A stretch of 64,000 nt of DNA from Octopus vulgaris (Eukaryota), in the NCBI GenBank assembly GCA_951406725.2, contig OX597834.1, forward strand, positions 18,352,001 through 18,416,000. The letters are read 5' to 3'. The position numbers were made by a program, and so were the translations under genes. A model generated the notes under the pieces. The model saw only the letters and a program-made list of their open reading frames with translations. It made no database searches and had not been told where the DNA came from. This document shows, piece after piece, positions 1 through 11,580 of this stretch (position 1 is its first letter; the number at the start of each line of letters is the position of its first letter).

Positions 1-88
1 AGTACCAGTTGACCACTGGGGTCGATGTAATAGACTTAACCTCTTTCCTGAAATTGCTGGCCTTGTGCCAAGATTTGAAGCCAATATT
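1..88 (+). mobile_element. SINE family A, 3' part (cut by window edge)
   Basis: AGTACCAGTT...CACTGGGGTCGATGTAAT...AAATTGCTGGCCTTGTGCCAA matches the 3' half of the family A copies at 12981-13655. Confidence 0.85.
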
Positions 89-239
89 TATCTTGGTTCA
101 TTTTTATTCTGATTAAGTTAAAAATCGGCATCTTTTATGTCTCAGAGAATGACAACATAAATACCAACAAAGTAGTATTGTGAGCCGATTCAGTTAACTT
201 TGTCCCTCTCCTAAAATGTGTGGGTCTTGTGTCAGTGTT

Positions 240-420
240 AACGGCGGAGTGCGCAATTGTTAGAGCGAATATTCTTTGCGATGTTCAGTTAGAACTCTTT
301 ATGTTCTGAGTTTAAATCCTTCCGGGGTCAATAATATAAGATGAGAGTAGTGGAGTTGATTCAATCGACAATACCTTTCCCCGCAAATTCGTGACATTGT
401 GCCAACAAGAGAAATAAGTA
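240..420 (+). mobile_element. Degenerate SINE family A
   Basis: Decayed head (AACGGCGGAGT), B-box-like GTTCTGAGTTTAAAT, CCTTCCGGGGTCAATAA core and GTGCCAA tail. Confidence 0.6.
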
Positions 421-1039
421 TTAGAAAATATTTTTTCTGGCAATGAATTTAAGACAGATATTAGAGTCGGTAGGCTTGTGATGATTTGCAGGCGAGAGTA
501 TATTGAATTTTTTTTTTACTTTCATGATGAAATGTTCCTGTTTGAAACGTTAACCATCACATCATCTCATGGCAGACCAAAACCAATTCTAATTATAAAA
601 TTGTGAATGCAGACAAGAGTGTCTTTTCTCGTTTCTCCGCAACCTGCTTGACCAGGGGTGTTAACTGATTTCCGGGGAGTTAACTGGATGGAAAACACCT
701 TTCCTCTAGATAGGTCGCCTATATATCACGGATATTTTTTTCGCGAGTGGAAGTTAAGTTTGGCAGCAATATAAAATCGATGGGTGTTTTGTTATCATAC
801 AATGTTGACTTTATCTTCTATTGAAGAAATGTTCTCTATTAAGCTGACTTTCCGTAGATGCATTCTATTAGTTTTCAGTGTTTTTCCTACAGTCCGAATT
901 GATTATAAGAATTAAGCATGTTCAAAGAAGAAACAGAAAAGAATAAAGAAAAAAAAGAGGAAGGGAAAAGGAAAGGAAGCACGTACTAATAGAATATTTA
1001 TTATGAACAAAAAACGAGATACATTCATTTTACAGTAAG

Positions 1040-1130
1040 AAATCCTGATTGGCCTTAGCAGAGATATCTTTCGAAGGTAGACGTCATTTTTTCATGTCAA
1101 CTGACCTTTATTAAAGTTGATTGGTCGGTT
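1040..1130. promoter_or_regulatory. Candidate promoter: two inverted CCAAT boxes flanking a CRE-like site
   Basis: CTGATTGGCC (ATTGG 1048-1052), GACGTCA (1080-1086) and TGATTGGTC (ATTGG 1120-1124) in unique sequence; a consensus donor AAG|GTAAGT lies downstream at 1591. Motif-only evidence. Confidence 0.4.
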
Positions 1131-1189
1131 AGTTGCATTTGTTCTAAAGTCGCTTTGAACACGTTCTACAAATGTTTCTCCTTTTTATG

Positions 1190-1590
1190 GTGTAAGACGA
1201 AGAGTCGCGGAGTGGAGACTTAAAAAGACAGCTTCACACGTTTTTACTATAACCAGTTGACCCAGAACTAAATGCAGAGGGGAATTAGACGTGAAAGTAA
1301 GGCCTCATTTACATAAACAAGCATACGCAATAACATTTTAATTTGCACCCTCATTTGTATCTAATCCATCGTAAATAAATGTCATTTTGTAAAATATACA
1401 CCACTACATACGTGCGCACACACATACGTTATGAAAAGTAGGCGAGAATGGTAAATTGGAGTTTGGATGAAAGGAGAGATCGTTCATTTTTGTATGGGGT
1501 TAGAATCGAAATAGGGAATATTCTTTGAGCAGAGGGCGAGCTTTGGGACCATCCCCCAAACCTATATGAGATTGCCTTCCGCATAGGAAG
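1190..1590 (+). other. Candidate non-coding first exon (start approximate)
   Basis: Ends in a perfect donor AAG|GTAAGT (GT at 1591), follows the CCAAT/CRE cluster, no ORF. Confidence 0.3.
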
Positions 1591-2779
1591 GTAAGTACTT
1601 CAATGACATGATTGTGCTGCTGCCGTGTAGTATGTCTCTTTTACATCATCAGCCATCGTGTGAAATGTTTTGTAGCTCTGACAATGATATAAACATTTTC
1701 GACCGCATTTTGGGTGCTTAAGGGTTTCCCGCTCACTTTTGTCAAGCAAGTACCTAGTAGTTAAGTAATATATAGAAATACGATGCTCAAAGACTTTTGA
1801 TTAATTTTAAACCTCTTTCTACATCGTTTTTATTGAGATGGTGCCTGTCTTAATCACTGTTTTTGTGGAACCCTCTCGTCAATGTTATTGCGACTGAGGA
1901 TATCAGTGGAATGACTTTTCACCTATAGTCCAGTGAAATATTTCAGATATTGGTACTAGCACTTCAAATCTATTGCGAGATAGTTTCTTGTTCCAAGGAG
2001 AACTGTCATAATTTTGAAAGTCTGGTATAACATTCTTATACGCAAATAAACATTATTTATTTGTGCATAACATCCATGTACGATGCGTCTTCATCAGCAC
2101 ATTGGTATTTATAACACACAATGTGTGGAACAGAAGAGATAGGCAGACTAGACATTGATGTTTACTTTTTTTTTGTTCTTGCTTGGGAAGCAGTTTTCCA
2201 ACGTTAAGCTATCAAGTATAAACATTTTCTTTGTCCAGATTCCATTCCTGTATCAGCTCAAAATACTATTATCAAATCTACCCGTTTGTCAGAACTTCAG
2301 AAGTTTCCAATATAGATCTTAATATCTTCAGAGACACAATTGATCACATTAGTTTTTCTTACTGTTGTCGCCATAGTATATAACCAGGAAATGCGTGTGT
2401 TAGTTTCTTTTCCTGACTGGAGTTTTATAGCTTATTTTGACCGGCCATATTTCGGTAGAATTGTAAAGAAAAGATATCTAGAAGAAAAGAGGAAAACAGC
2501 GAGTGAGTCTTGTTCTTTTTGTTATCCTTTAACAACTATTCGTTCTTTCAATTTTAAGAAGATGCTACAAGAATACCCGATATAAAATAGTTATTGGTTA
2601 AAATAGTTATTGGTTGAATATGAATCATGGTAATTCTACTTAAAATTATTACCTGAAATACACTCTTTATATTATTTGCAGCAGAGATACTTGTACTTCA
2701 GTAGGTTGTTGTAAAAGAAAAGCTTACATACATGTATGTATGTATGTATGTATGTATGTATGTATGTATGTATGTATGT

Positions 2780-3328
2780 CAGGTCACTTTCGAGTGCTAC
2801 TGGTAACATGTAACCCAGTACAACCTGTTGCATGGTCGGGTCGTCGACGACTAAACCGGCAACCCCACCAAGCTTGCTTGGTGAGGAGGGTGTTTATTGG
2901 ACACCCTGCGGGATGAAAAACAAAACCCGTCAAAGAGCAGAGGAACTCTTGAGAGTCAACGGCCATCCAATAAATGTCTTAAGGCTGTATCATGCGCGGG
3001 GACATAGAAATAATCGAACTGAATACCCGATCGAGCGATTAAACCATTGGGAGTGAAGGACTCCTAGCCTTTGTTAGGGCATCCTTCTAGGATATGGCAA
3101 CTCAGGTGACTGGAATAACTCCGACATAAACCTGCGGCTCAGTGGTTACCGATGATGTTGACTTGTTCTTCTTTTCAGATTATGTCTGCTGTTGCTTAGT
3201 GAGTGGGATTGACTCAGTGCACAGCCTTTCCTCACTTAAAAAAAATCTTCTTGCACAGGCATTGCACGATAACAACATTGATTAAGCTTCGTGCAATGGC
3301 CATACTCGATAACGAGGAGGCAGCCACC
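2780..3328 (+). mobile_element. Non-autonomous RTE-clade LINE derivative (5'UTR-like part joined to 3' tail)
   Basis: Embedded in TATG repeats on both sides; contains GGGCATCCTTCTAGGATATGGCAACTC, resembling RTE 5'UTR motifs; ends in a hairpin tail CTCGATAACGAG-GAGGCAGCC. Diverged homologues at 35588-35854 and 62560-62714. RTE assignment is from motif memory. Confidence 0.6.
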
Positions 3329-4419
3329 ATATATGTATGTATGTATATGGATGAGTTATGCAATATGCTTTTTTGATATTTAATTTGTTTAGAAAATTTG
3401 TCTGGATATCTAATTCTGGAAAAGAATATAGGAACAAAACATCAAAGATGGAAAAGTTACTCCTGGTTGTGTACTTCAAAACGGGGGAATTGATGCCTGA
3501 CGAAACTGATCAAAAATGGAATTTTAAAAACTTGTTTTTAAGAAACATAATGAATTTTTTCCTCAAAAGATAGAAATGTCAGTCAGGCGAGGATTTTATG
3601 CTCTGCTCCACCAATATAAATTGATTAGGTTGTTTTAAAATTAATTTTAAATATATATCATTTGATATAGTGACACTGGGAACAATTGTAGAGTCGGGGT
3701 AAAAATCACCCTATTCTCATTTCTAGGAGCTAAGATTTAAGAGCATCCTCTCCTAGCCTCAATCGACAGACTATAAGAATCTTTTACAACAACAGCAACT
3801 ACTGCAAGGACTAAATCGCTAAATCATCAGGAAGACACTTTTCACAGCAGCCCCTTTTAATCCATTTGTGAAGAGGTGGGGACGAAGGCCGGCAGGCATA
3901 TTAAAGAACACAACAAAAATGGCCCATAGAAAGCGACAGAGAAAGGCAATAAAAACATGAGGAGGAGTGCACACGCGAAGAGGAAATGCTCTCGAGAACC
4001 TATCTTTCGTGAAGAGAAGCATACTCCTGACGAGGAAAAGTCTTTCTCGTATGAAAGTGAGCCCATCCAAGTCAAGAAGAATCCAGCCCTACCTGATTGA
4101 AGTGGTATTCACAGACATTATAGAGGTCAATAAGATGTAATAGAACATGTATATGAACTGAAAACAAATGTTCCAAGTGAACTGTAAGCAAATGATTGAA
4201 CAAAAAATGAAATAAAAATTATAGAACAAGAAGAGATGGACTTCTAGTAAAACGTTTCACAATACCCTATAGACTTTTACATGTTAAATATCCACAGGGT
4301 ATTTCCTCCACTCAATCTAACCCAAGACGTCTTCACGAAAGATTCTGGAATGACCGGAAATACATGAAATATATGGTGAGGATACGTAGAAAGAAGACGT
4401 AATCAGGGTAGTGGTTGTA

Positions 4420-4988
4420 GGTACCTCGAACACCGCAAATTGACGTTTAAATTGTTGTATTGTTATATTTATGTAATTTCAACCAATCAATGACGTGTAT
4501 TCAGCCGAATAGAATTACTACCGTTGTTTGTTAGCAAGAACTTCCGGCGGTGTATATTTCGCTTGTCACTGTTATTTATGACATCATTCGTGCGTTTGTA
4601 CTGGTTTTAGGGTTGGGGTTTTAGGGTTTTAGTGTTAGAGTTTTAGGGTTAGGGTTAGGGTTAAGGTTTTAGGGTTATGGTTAGGGTTAAGGTTTTAGGG
4701 TTTAAAATTGTCATAAATAACAGTGACAAACGAAATATACACCGCCGGAAGTTCTTGTTGATAAACACCGGCAGTAATTTTATTCAGCTGAATACACGTC
4801 ATTGATTGGTTGAAATTACCGAAATACGACAACATTAACGTGAAATAACTTCCTAAATATAAGATTTTCTCAAAAACGTTAAGAGTAAAAGATGTTTTAT
4901 ATGACACATTCTACCAGTGTCCGAAGTTTGAAAGTGTTTAGTTACAAAAAATTATTTTTTAAATTTGTCGGTCAAAAGGTAAAGATCC
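4420..4988 (-). mobile_element. Fold-back non-autonomous DNA transposon related to the Merlin-like MITE at 12163
   Basis: Reverse complement of 4790-4988 (GGATCTTTACC...AAACTTCGGACACTGGTAGAATGTG...CAACCAATCAATGACG) aligns with 12163-12360; internal 111-bp inverted arms at 4473-4583 and 4709-4819. Left boundary uncertain, no TSD seen. Confidence 0.7.
4603..4703 (+). repeat. Degenerate telomere-like (TTAGGG)n tract
   Basis: TTAGGGTTAGGGTTAGGG plus TTTTAGGG/TTAAGG variants, in the loop of the inverted repeat. Confidence 0.9.
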
Positions 4989-5600
4989 TCAAAATCTATA
5001 AGAACGGAAGAGCTGCCAAGCAGGAATCCCCGAGATGCGTACAAGGTGACGAAACCGTACTGCATATACATGTGCATTGCAGAATTGTAGTTATGTCGAA
5101 TAGTTATTGACGAGCGTATGAGGAGCCTGGTTATTAGCTGAATTCATCTTGAAGATCGCATCACCAGCCGCCTTTACAAGGCGAGTCAGGTGGTGTTCTG
5201 TCAAGTGGCTATTGTGAAAGAAGTAGTGTGATGGACAAAGTTGACAGGATGGACGACGGGGGCCTTTTAGGTTCTGAGTTCAAATACCGCTGAAATTAAC
5301 TTCCTCTTTCCTTCTTTTGAGGTCAATATTATAAAGTACCAGTAGAGCACTTAGGTTCGGGACATGGTATTTGGGGTTTAAGGAATCCATGTCAGAAACG
5401 GTTATTAATATTATCACCTTAATCATGATTAATATCAATGTTTCTTACGGTAGCCAGAATGGCGACAACATGAAACTATTCCAGCTGTGTGACCGAAATT
5501 TTGTCATCTTAAAAACGCTTTTAAGGTAAACGTCTCGCTTCCGTCTGTCGAGGAACACGTAAGAACGCGCGCGCGCACAACCCACATACACATACATACA

Positions 5601-5631
<31 letters not shown>

Positions 5632-6184
5632 TCACCAAGAAACCTGCGCAGCTTTCACAAGCACAAACACTCACACATACACGCATAAATGTATTTGCAT
5701 TCATCAAAAACACAAGATCATACAGTCATCCACTCACCCATACAAGCCCGCATACTCACGCACACGCATGCAATACACTTGCACCGGTGTACGCACGCAC
5801 ACACACGCACATACACACACATACACACACGCACGCATGCACACACACATACACACGAACACTCACACGCACACAGTAAGGCGCGCGCACTCAATAACAA
5901 CGGCAGACACGAGCCAGTCACTCGAGTTGATTGATAATACGCACGTAGCTCGTCTAACTGTAAATCCTGTTGTCAGTGAATTAGGAATGAAAATGGAAGA
6001 CAAAGATGTGCGTGTGTGTGTGTGTGCGTATGTGTATGTGTTTGTGTGTGTGTGCGTGTGTGCGTATGTGTGTGTGTGTGTGTTTGTGTGCTCGCATGTA
6101 CGCGTGTGTGTGTGGAAGGAGAGAGACATGCCCACACTCACACACACTGAGTGTAGAGGTGGGAGGGACAGATACAGAAAGAAA

Positions 6185-6192
6185 GTGTGTGC

Positions 6193-6275
<83 letters not shown>
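6185..6275. repeat. (TG)n microsatellite
   Basis: Directly visible. Confidence 0.98.
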
Positions 6276-6277
<2 letters not shown>

Positions 6278-6670
6278 GTCAGTATGTGTAAGCCTAAAGG
6301 CACAAACAGCATTAAGAGAATTGGCTTCGGCTTACTATCACACTTCAAAAGTTATATAAATTGTGTAGACCGAATGAAAACTCATCATATCTACTACATC
6401 GGAAATGTATCTCATGACACTAATAGCAAACATTATTCAGCAACTATTTCTTAACAGAAAATTATTATGAATGAATACACACACATTAACTAGCCTATAA
6501 TGCAACTTGTTAGACGTAGATGTTAAGCTATATTTTCTGCATAAATTATCATAAGCGAAATTGGAAAAGGAAGGAAACAAAAGCTTAAAATAAAACAAAA
6601 GAACAACAAAAAGTGAAGATCTAAACGGTATAAATCTGACGACCAGAAATGTTTAGTGCACTTGCAAATG

Positions 6671-6742
6671 CACATACATACATATATACATACATACATA
6701 CATACATGCATACATACATACATGCATGCATACATACATACA

Positions 6743-6778
<36 letters not shown>

Positions 6779-6894
6779 TACATACATACATACATACATG
6801 CATACATACATGCATAACATACATAACATACATACATACATGCATGCATGCATACACACATACATACATACATACATACATACATACATACATG

Positions 6895-6926
<32 letters not shown>

Positions 6927-6948
6927 CATACATACATACATACATACA

Positions 6949-6982
<34 letters not shown>

Positions 6983-7743
6983 CATACATACATACATACA
7001 TACATACATACATACACACATACATACATACATATATACATACATACATACATGCATACATACATGCATACACACATACATACATACATACATACATACA
7101 TGCATACATACATACATACATACATACATACATACATACATACATACATACATACATACATACATACATACATACATACATACATACATACATACATACA
7201 TACATACATACATACATACATACATACATACATACATACATACATACATGCATACATACATGCATAACATACATAACATACATACATACACACATACATA
7301 CATACACACATACATACATACATACATACATACATGCATACATACATACATACATACATACATACATACATACATACATACATACATACATACATACATA
7401 CATACATACATACATACATACATACATACATACATACATACATACATACATACATACATACATACATACATACATACATACATACATACATACATACATA
7501 CATACATACATGCATACACACATACATACATACATACATACATACATACATACACACATACATACATACATACATACATACATACATACACACATACATA
7601 CATACATACATACATACATACATACATACATACATACATACATACATACATACATACATACATACATACATACATACATACATACACACATACATACATA
7701 CATACATACATACATACATACATACATACATACATACATACGT

Positions 7744-7777
<34 letters not shown>
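6671..7777. repeat. About 1.07-kb (CATA)n microsatellite followed by (TG)n
   Basis: Directly visible; source of the MYVC/HTYI pseudo-ORFs. Confidence 0.99.
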
Positions 7778-7780
<3 letters not shown>

Positions 7781-7846
7781 AAAGAAGAGGCTGACAGTGA
7801 CTAAAACTGAGTTTCAGCCAAGAGTTTTCTTCCGTTCTATCTCCAG

Positions 7847-7964
7847 CTGTCACATTCTCAATGCTTTTCTGGCTCAACATTGTGAAGACCAAAGGATGGT
7901 TATGTTTGCGCGCGACTACATAGGCACCTAAAACAATTAGAGAAAATATGGGAGAAGCTATCAG
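7847..7964 (+). other. Candidate internal exon (non-coding or 5'UTR)
   Basis: Acceptor TTTTCTTCCGTTCTATCTCCAG| and donor CAG|GTAATA around 118 nt of unique sequence; stops in all three frames; ATG at 7948. Confidence 0.3.
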
Positions 7965-8436
7965 GTAATATTCGCGTACAAATGACAACTATTGTTTTTA
8001 ATGGTTTTTGCTTTTTATCCTCACTGACTAATGTTTAATATTGACTTTAGAATATTTTCATTATGCTTTTGCACCTAAACGACCATGCGATGTGTTTTGT
8101 CTTTTTTTTATCAAAATTTATTTCTAACCTTAGTCTAGTATTGATTTGTACTTAGCTAACTATTTTGTCAAAGGATTTTTGCACAAAGAGGAAAACATTT
8201 AAGATGTTACAGACTCGTGGATGAAATGATATTTCTTTTTTAGAGTTATTCGCATCAAGTATATTTTGGAGTATTGCGTGTTAGAATTTGATTTGGATGA
8301 AACACTACCTATTGAAGACGTCTTTTTTAGCTCTTGTGCTGTGATGTGGACACCTCTGTTTATCTGTCAGCGTGTCTGTCTGTCTGTCTATCTGTCTGTC
8401 TGTCTGTCTCCCTCTCCCTCTCTCTTTCAATATCAG

Positions 8437-8611
8437 GTGGACGAAGAACTCAGATGACTTACACGAAAATTCTATGACGAGCACCGTGTGCACGTCATAA
8501 AATTTTTGCGAGAGACCAACAAAAGTATATACCGTCATGTTACTTCAGGAATTCTTTTGCAAGACACCATCTTGTTGGTTAGATATAGGCATGCCGGTCC
8601 CACATGCCTGG
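8437..8611 (+). other. Candidate internal exon
   Basis: Long polypyrimidine tract ending TTTCAATATCAG| and donor TGG|GTACGT; unique sequence, no recognisable protein. Confidence 0.3.
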
Positions 8612-8876
8612 GTACGTCGAATGTAAAAAGCAGGAAAAAGTACCGCCAGATATTTAGTCTTAAACCGTAACGGTTGGACCAATTCGCAGTTTTGACACAA
8701 TAGTATATATTAATGGCTTTGTTGTAGCTGTAGTCATTGTTCATGATTCAGCCTGAGAATTACATTAAGGAAACGCAAATATAATGAGCCTAGTAGTTCT
8801 TTTGATTGAAAAAGTGAACGTTGACGATAGGGTCAGTCATTAAACTGCGGTTAAGCTGGGAAATTTTTTGTCAAAT

Positions 8877-9005
8877 GAATCGACCCCAGGACTTACTTTT
8901 TTTTAGAAGCCTGGTACTTATTTTATCGGTACTTTTTGCTGAACCGCAAAGTTACGGGGACATAAACACACCAACACCGGTTGCCAAGCGGTTGCGGGAG
9001 ACAGA
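8877..9005 (-). mobile_element. SINE family C fragment
   Basis: ATCGACCCCAGGACTTA...GAACCGCAAAGTTACGGGGACATAAACACACC matches the 3' half of the copy at 49247. Confidence 0.85.
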
Positions 9006-9012
9006 AATACGC

Positions 9013-9084
<72 letters not shown>

Positions 9085-10481
9085 TAATAGTGAAGGATTA
9101 TCAATCCGGGAAAAATATTTTATACGCTCTGTTAGTATACTAGGACAACAATATTATTTATATAATATACAGAAAGAAAGTGTGTGTGTGTGTGTGTGTG
9201 TGTATTAAATTCCTGTTGCAGGGTCCGCGATTATAGTTCATCACCATTCTATATTGTAAATCCATGGTTGTGTTCCAGTTATGCTGGTTTTACACAGAGT
9301 GAGATACAAGACATGGTTTAGATAATGGTCATTACATATTCCGTTATTGTTGTGAATTTGACTTACAACTGTTTCTAGTAGTCATTATAGTTTTGTTATT
9401 GATATGTTTACTCAATTGGCCAACTGATCGGTTGGGAAAAATCGAACGACCTAGAAAATTAATGTTACTTTCGTCAGAGTCATTTCTGGTTAAAACCAAG
9501 CTGAACATTGCAAGAATGGTACAGGCATGGGGAGGGGAGCGAAGAGAGATCATAAGTATAAGGTAAGTAGAAGAGAGATAAAGAAATTAGAAGAGAAATG
9601 ATGATTTGGAAAAGATGGATTAGAGAAAAGAGAAGGAAAAAAAGGAAGGAAGGATGCGATAGAAGAAGGGTCATAAGATGGCCTAATTAAGGAAAGGACA
9701 ATCATAAAAACATTAGCGTTTGTAATTGGGTTGGTCATCACAAACAAAAACATTTCTATTGTCTTCAGGTCAAATACTACCTCATGGTCAACTTCACATT
9801 ATCTCAAAACTACGAGAATTTCCTAACGTGATTTATTTTTTTTTAAAGATTTTACTGAGGAATTAGATACAACAGACTTTGGACGGTTTTAATACGAAGG
9901 GATTAAACAGTTTCCAAAACTATAAAATCAGGTCTTTTGGCCTTTTCGAGGGTTTTAGAACCTCAAAACTATAGTTTTATTTTTGATTAGAGTTAAAAAT
10001 TGCTGATTTTATAGCTTCAAATTTCAAAGGGCCTAAAAAAAAAAGACTGATTTCATAGTTTTGGCTCTTTTTAAAAAGGTTTTTAAAGGCTTTTAGAGCC
10101 AGAAAAGGGTGAAAAAAAACCTCAAATGAAACACAATCTTAGTATTAAACTAAAAATGTTTATTGACAAAGTAGCCGTAAACAAATAAAAATAAAACAAA
10201 AAATGAAAAACACGATAAATACATAATTTAATTTTTCTTCTCCATTTTATTGATGAGATTCATGTTGTTCTTCATGAAAATTAACATACTAAAATTTTCA
10301 TCAGACAAGGACGATCTCTTAGCACTCAAGATGTCCTTGCACATGGAAAATAAACGTTCAACTGTAGCACTGGAAGGGATGGCTGTGTTGAACTTCTTGA
10401 ATAAGTCCACCTACGCTTACTCACTCAAGAAGGCAGCATCTGTCAGTAGAGCTTTGGAGTTGGTCTCCAACCAGGTCTTTA

Positions 10482-10604
10482 CTAAATTCTGGACCTTGTC
10501 CTTCAGTGACCTCTGGCTTCCGCTAAATTCTGGACCTTGTCCTTCAGTGACCTGTGGCTTCCGCTAAATTCTGGACCTTGTCCTTCAGTGACCTGTGGCT
10601 TCCG
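10482..10604. repeat. 3 x 41-bp tandem repeat inside the transposase remnant
   Basis: CTAAATTCTGGACCTTGTCCTTCAGTGACCT(C/G)TGGCTTCCG at 10482, 10523 and 10564. Confidence 0.97.
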
Positions 10605-10767
10605 CTCTCTTTTTGTTGGGTGACACCACTGAAGAAGTCATCCTCCTCTTCGTTGTTGCTGCCTCCACTGTTTCGGCGCACTTCCTCGAACTGCTGCAGC
10701 ATGGCTTCCTCAACCTTATCCTCCATGCTTCTCCTCACCTTGGTGAACTTGGTGGTATCATACCTAT

Positions 10768-10999
10768 AAGGCGGCGAGCTGGCAGAAACGTTAGCACGCC
10801 GGGCAAAATGCTTAGCGGTATTTCGTCTGCGTTACGTTGTGAGTTCAAATTCCGCCGAGGTCGACTTTGCCTTTCATCCTTTCGGGGTCGATAAATTAAG
10901 TACCAGTTACGCACTGGGGTCGATGTAATCGACTTAATACCTATGTCTGTCCTTGTTTGTCCCCTCTATGCTTAGCCCCTTATGGGTAATAAAGAAATA
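10768..10999 (+). mobile_element. Full-length tRNA-derived SINE family A with 14-bp TSD
   Basis: Head AAGGCGGCGAGCTGGCAGAA, B box GAGTTCAAATTCC, core GCCTTTCATCCTTTCGGGGTCGATAAATTAAGTACCAG; TSD GGTATCATACCTAT at 10754-10767 and 11000-11013. Confidence 0.95.
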
Positions 11000-11454
11000 G
11001 GTATCATACCTATCCAACCAGATGAGGTGACACCTGGGGTGGAAGGCAGCAGCCAGTTGACATTCCTCATCGTCCGGGAGGGTCGCAAATGTTTTTTCGA
11101 TGCCTTCCAAAACTGCATCGACTAAGGGGCTGCAGTGGACGAGTTTTGGGTTAACGGAAGCTAAATGTAATGGAAGTTAATTAGTCCGATAATGATTTTT
11201 CAAAGTTAACTTAAAAGTTAAATCGTCAACGAAAATGTTAACTTCGTTAATTAACGATTAACAAATTAATGGATTTACGCCCAGTTATGTGTATATATAT
11301 GTGTGTGTGTGTGGGTGGGTGGGTGTTTGGGTGTGTGATGCACATACATGTGAGTGTATGTGTGTGCGTGTGTGTGTGCGCGCGCGTGTGCATGGTTTTG
11401 TGTGTATAAGTTAGACACAATGACAAAGAAACAGATAAGTCAGAAAGAGAGGAA

Positions 11455-11487
11455 TATAGATAGAAAGATAGATAGATAGAGAGATAG

Positions 11488-11527
<40 letters not shown>

Positions 11528-11580
11528 TGAGAGAGAGAGAGTGAGAGAGAGAGAGAGAGAGAGAAAGAGAAATAGAAAAG
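11455..11580. repeat. (GATA)n/(GA)n microsatellite
   Basis: Directly visible. Confidence 0.95.

Larger units (their letters stand above)
10228..11150 (-). pseudogene. hAT transposase C-terminal fragment including the dimerisation domain
   Basis: ...CQLAAAFHPRCHLIWLDRYDTTKFTKVRRSMEDKVEEAM... (continuous once the SINE and one TSD are removed) and FNTAIPSSATVERLFSMCKDILSAKRSSLSDENFSMLIFMK, the PxSSxxxERxFS...KRxxL motif of the hAT dimerisation domain; frameshifted and interrupted. Confidence 0.85.
9873..11289 (-). mobile_element. Internally deleted hAT DNA transposon
   Basis: Transposase remnant inside; the right end (reverse complement CATAACTGGGCG...) has dense GTTAAC/TTAA subterminal repeats at 11150-11280. 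Left end CAGACTTTGGACG is only a weak TIR match and no TSD is seen. Confidence 0.7.

Noticed and set aside
2850-2895. Twister ribozyme suggested by GAGGAGGGT
   Set aside because: The P4 stem and CCCAAGC loop arrangement cannot be built.
3290-3330. HDV-like GCCTCCTCG motif on the minus strand
   Set aside because: No P3 partner (GGC) follows; better explained as the reverse complement of the element's 3' hairpin tail.
4603-4703. True telomere or chromosome-fusion site
   Set aside because: Short, degenerate, single orientation and enclosed in a transposon-like palindrome.
6523-7988. Long ORFs of 350-455 aa (also 21.4-22.2, 43.3-44.5, 52.0-53.3 kb)
   Set aside because: They are translations of (CATA)n/(TATG)n microsatellites (MYVC/HTYI repeats), open on both strands simply because the repeat lacks stops.
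10482-10604. CRISPR-like array
   Set aside because: Contiguous 41-bp tandem units with no spacers, inside a transposase remnant in eukaryotic DNA.
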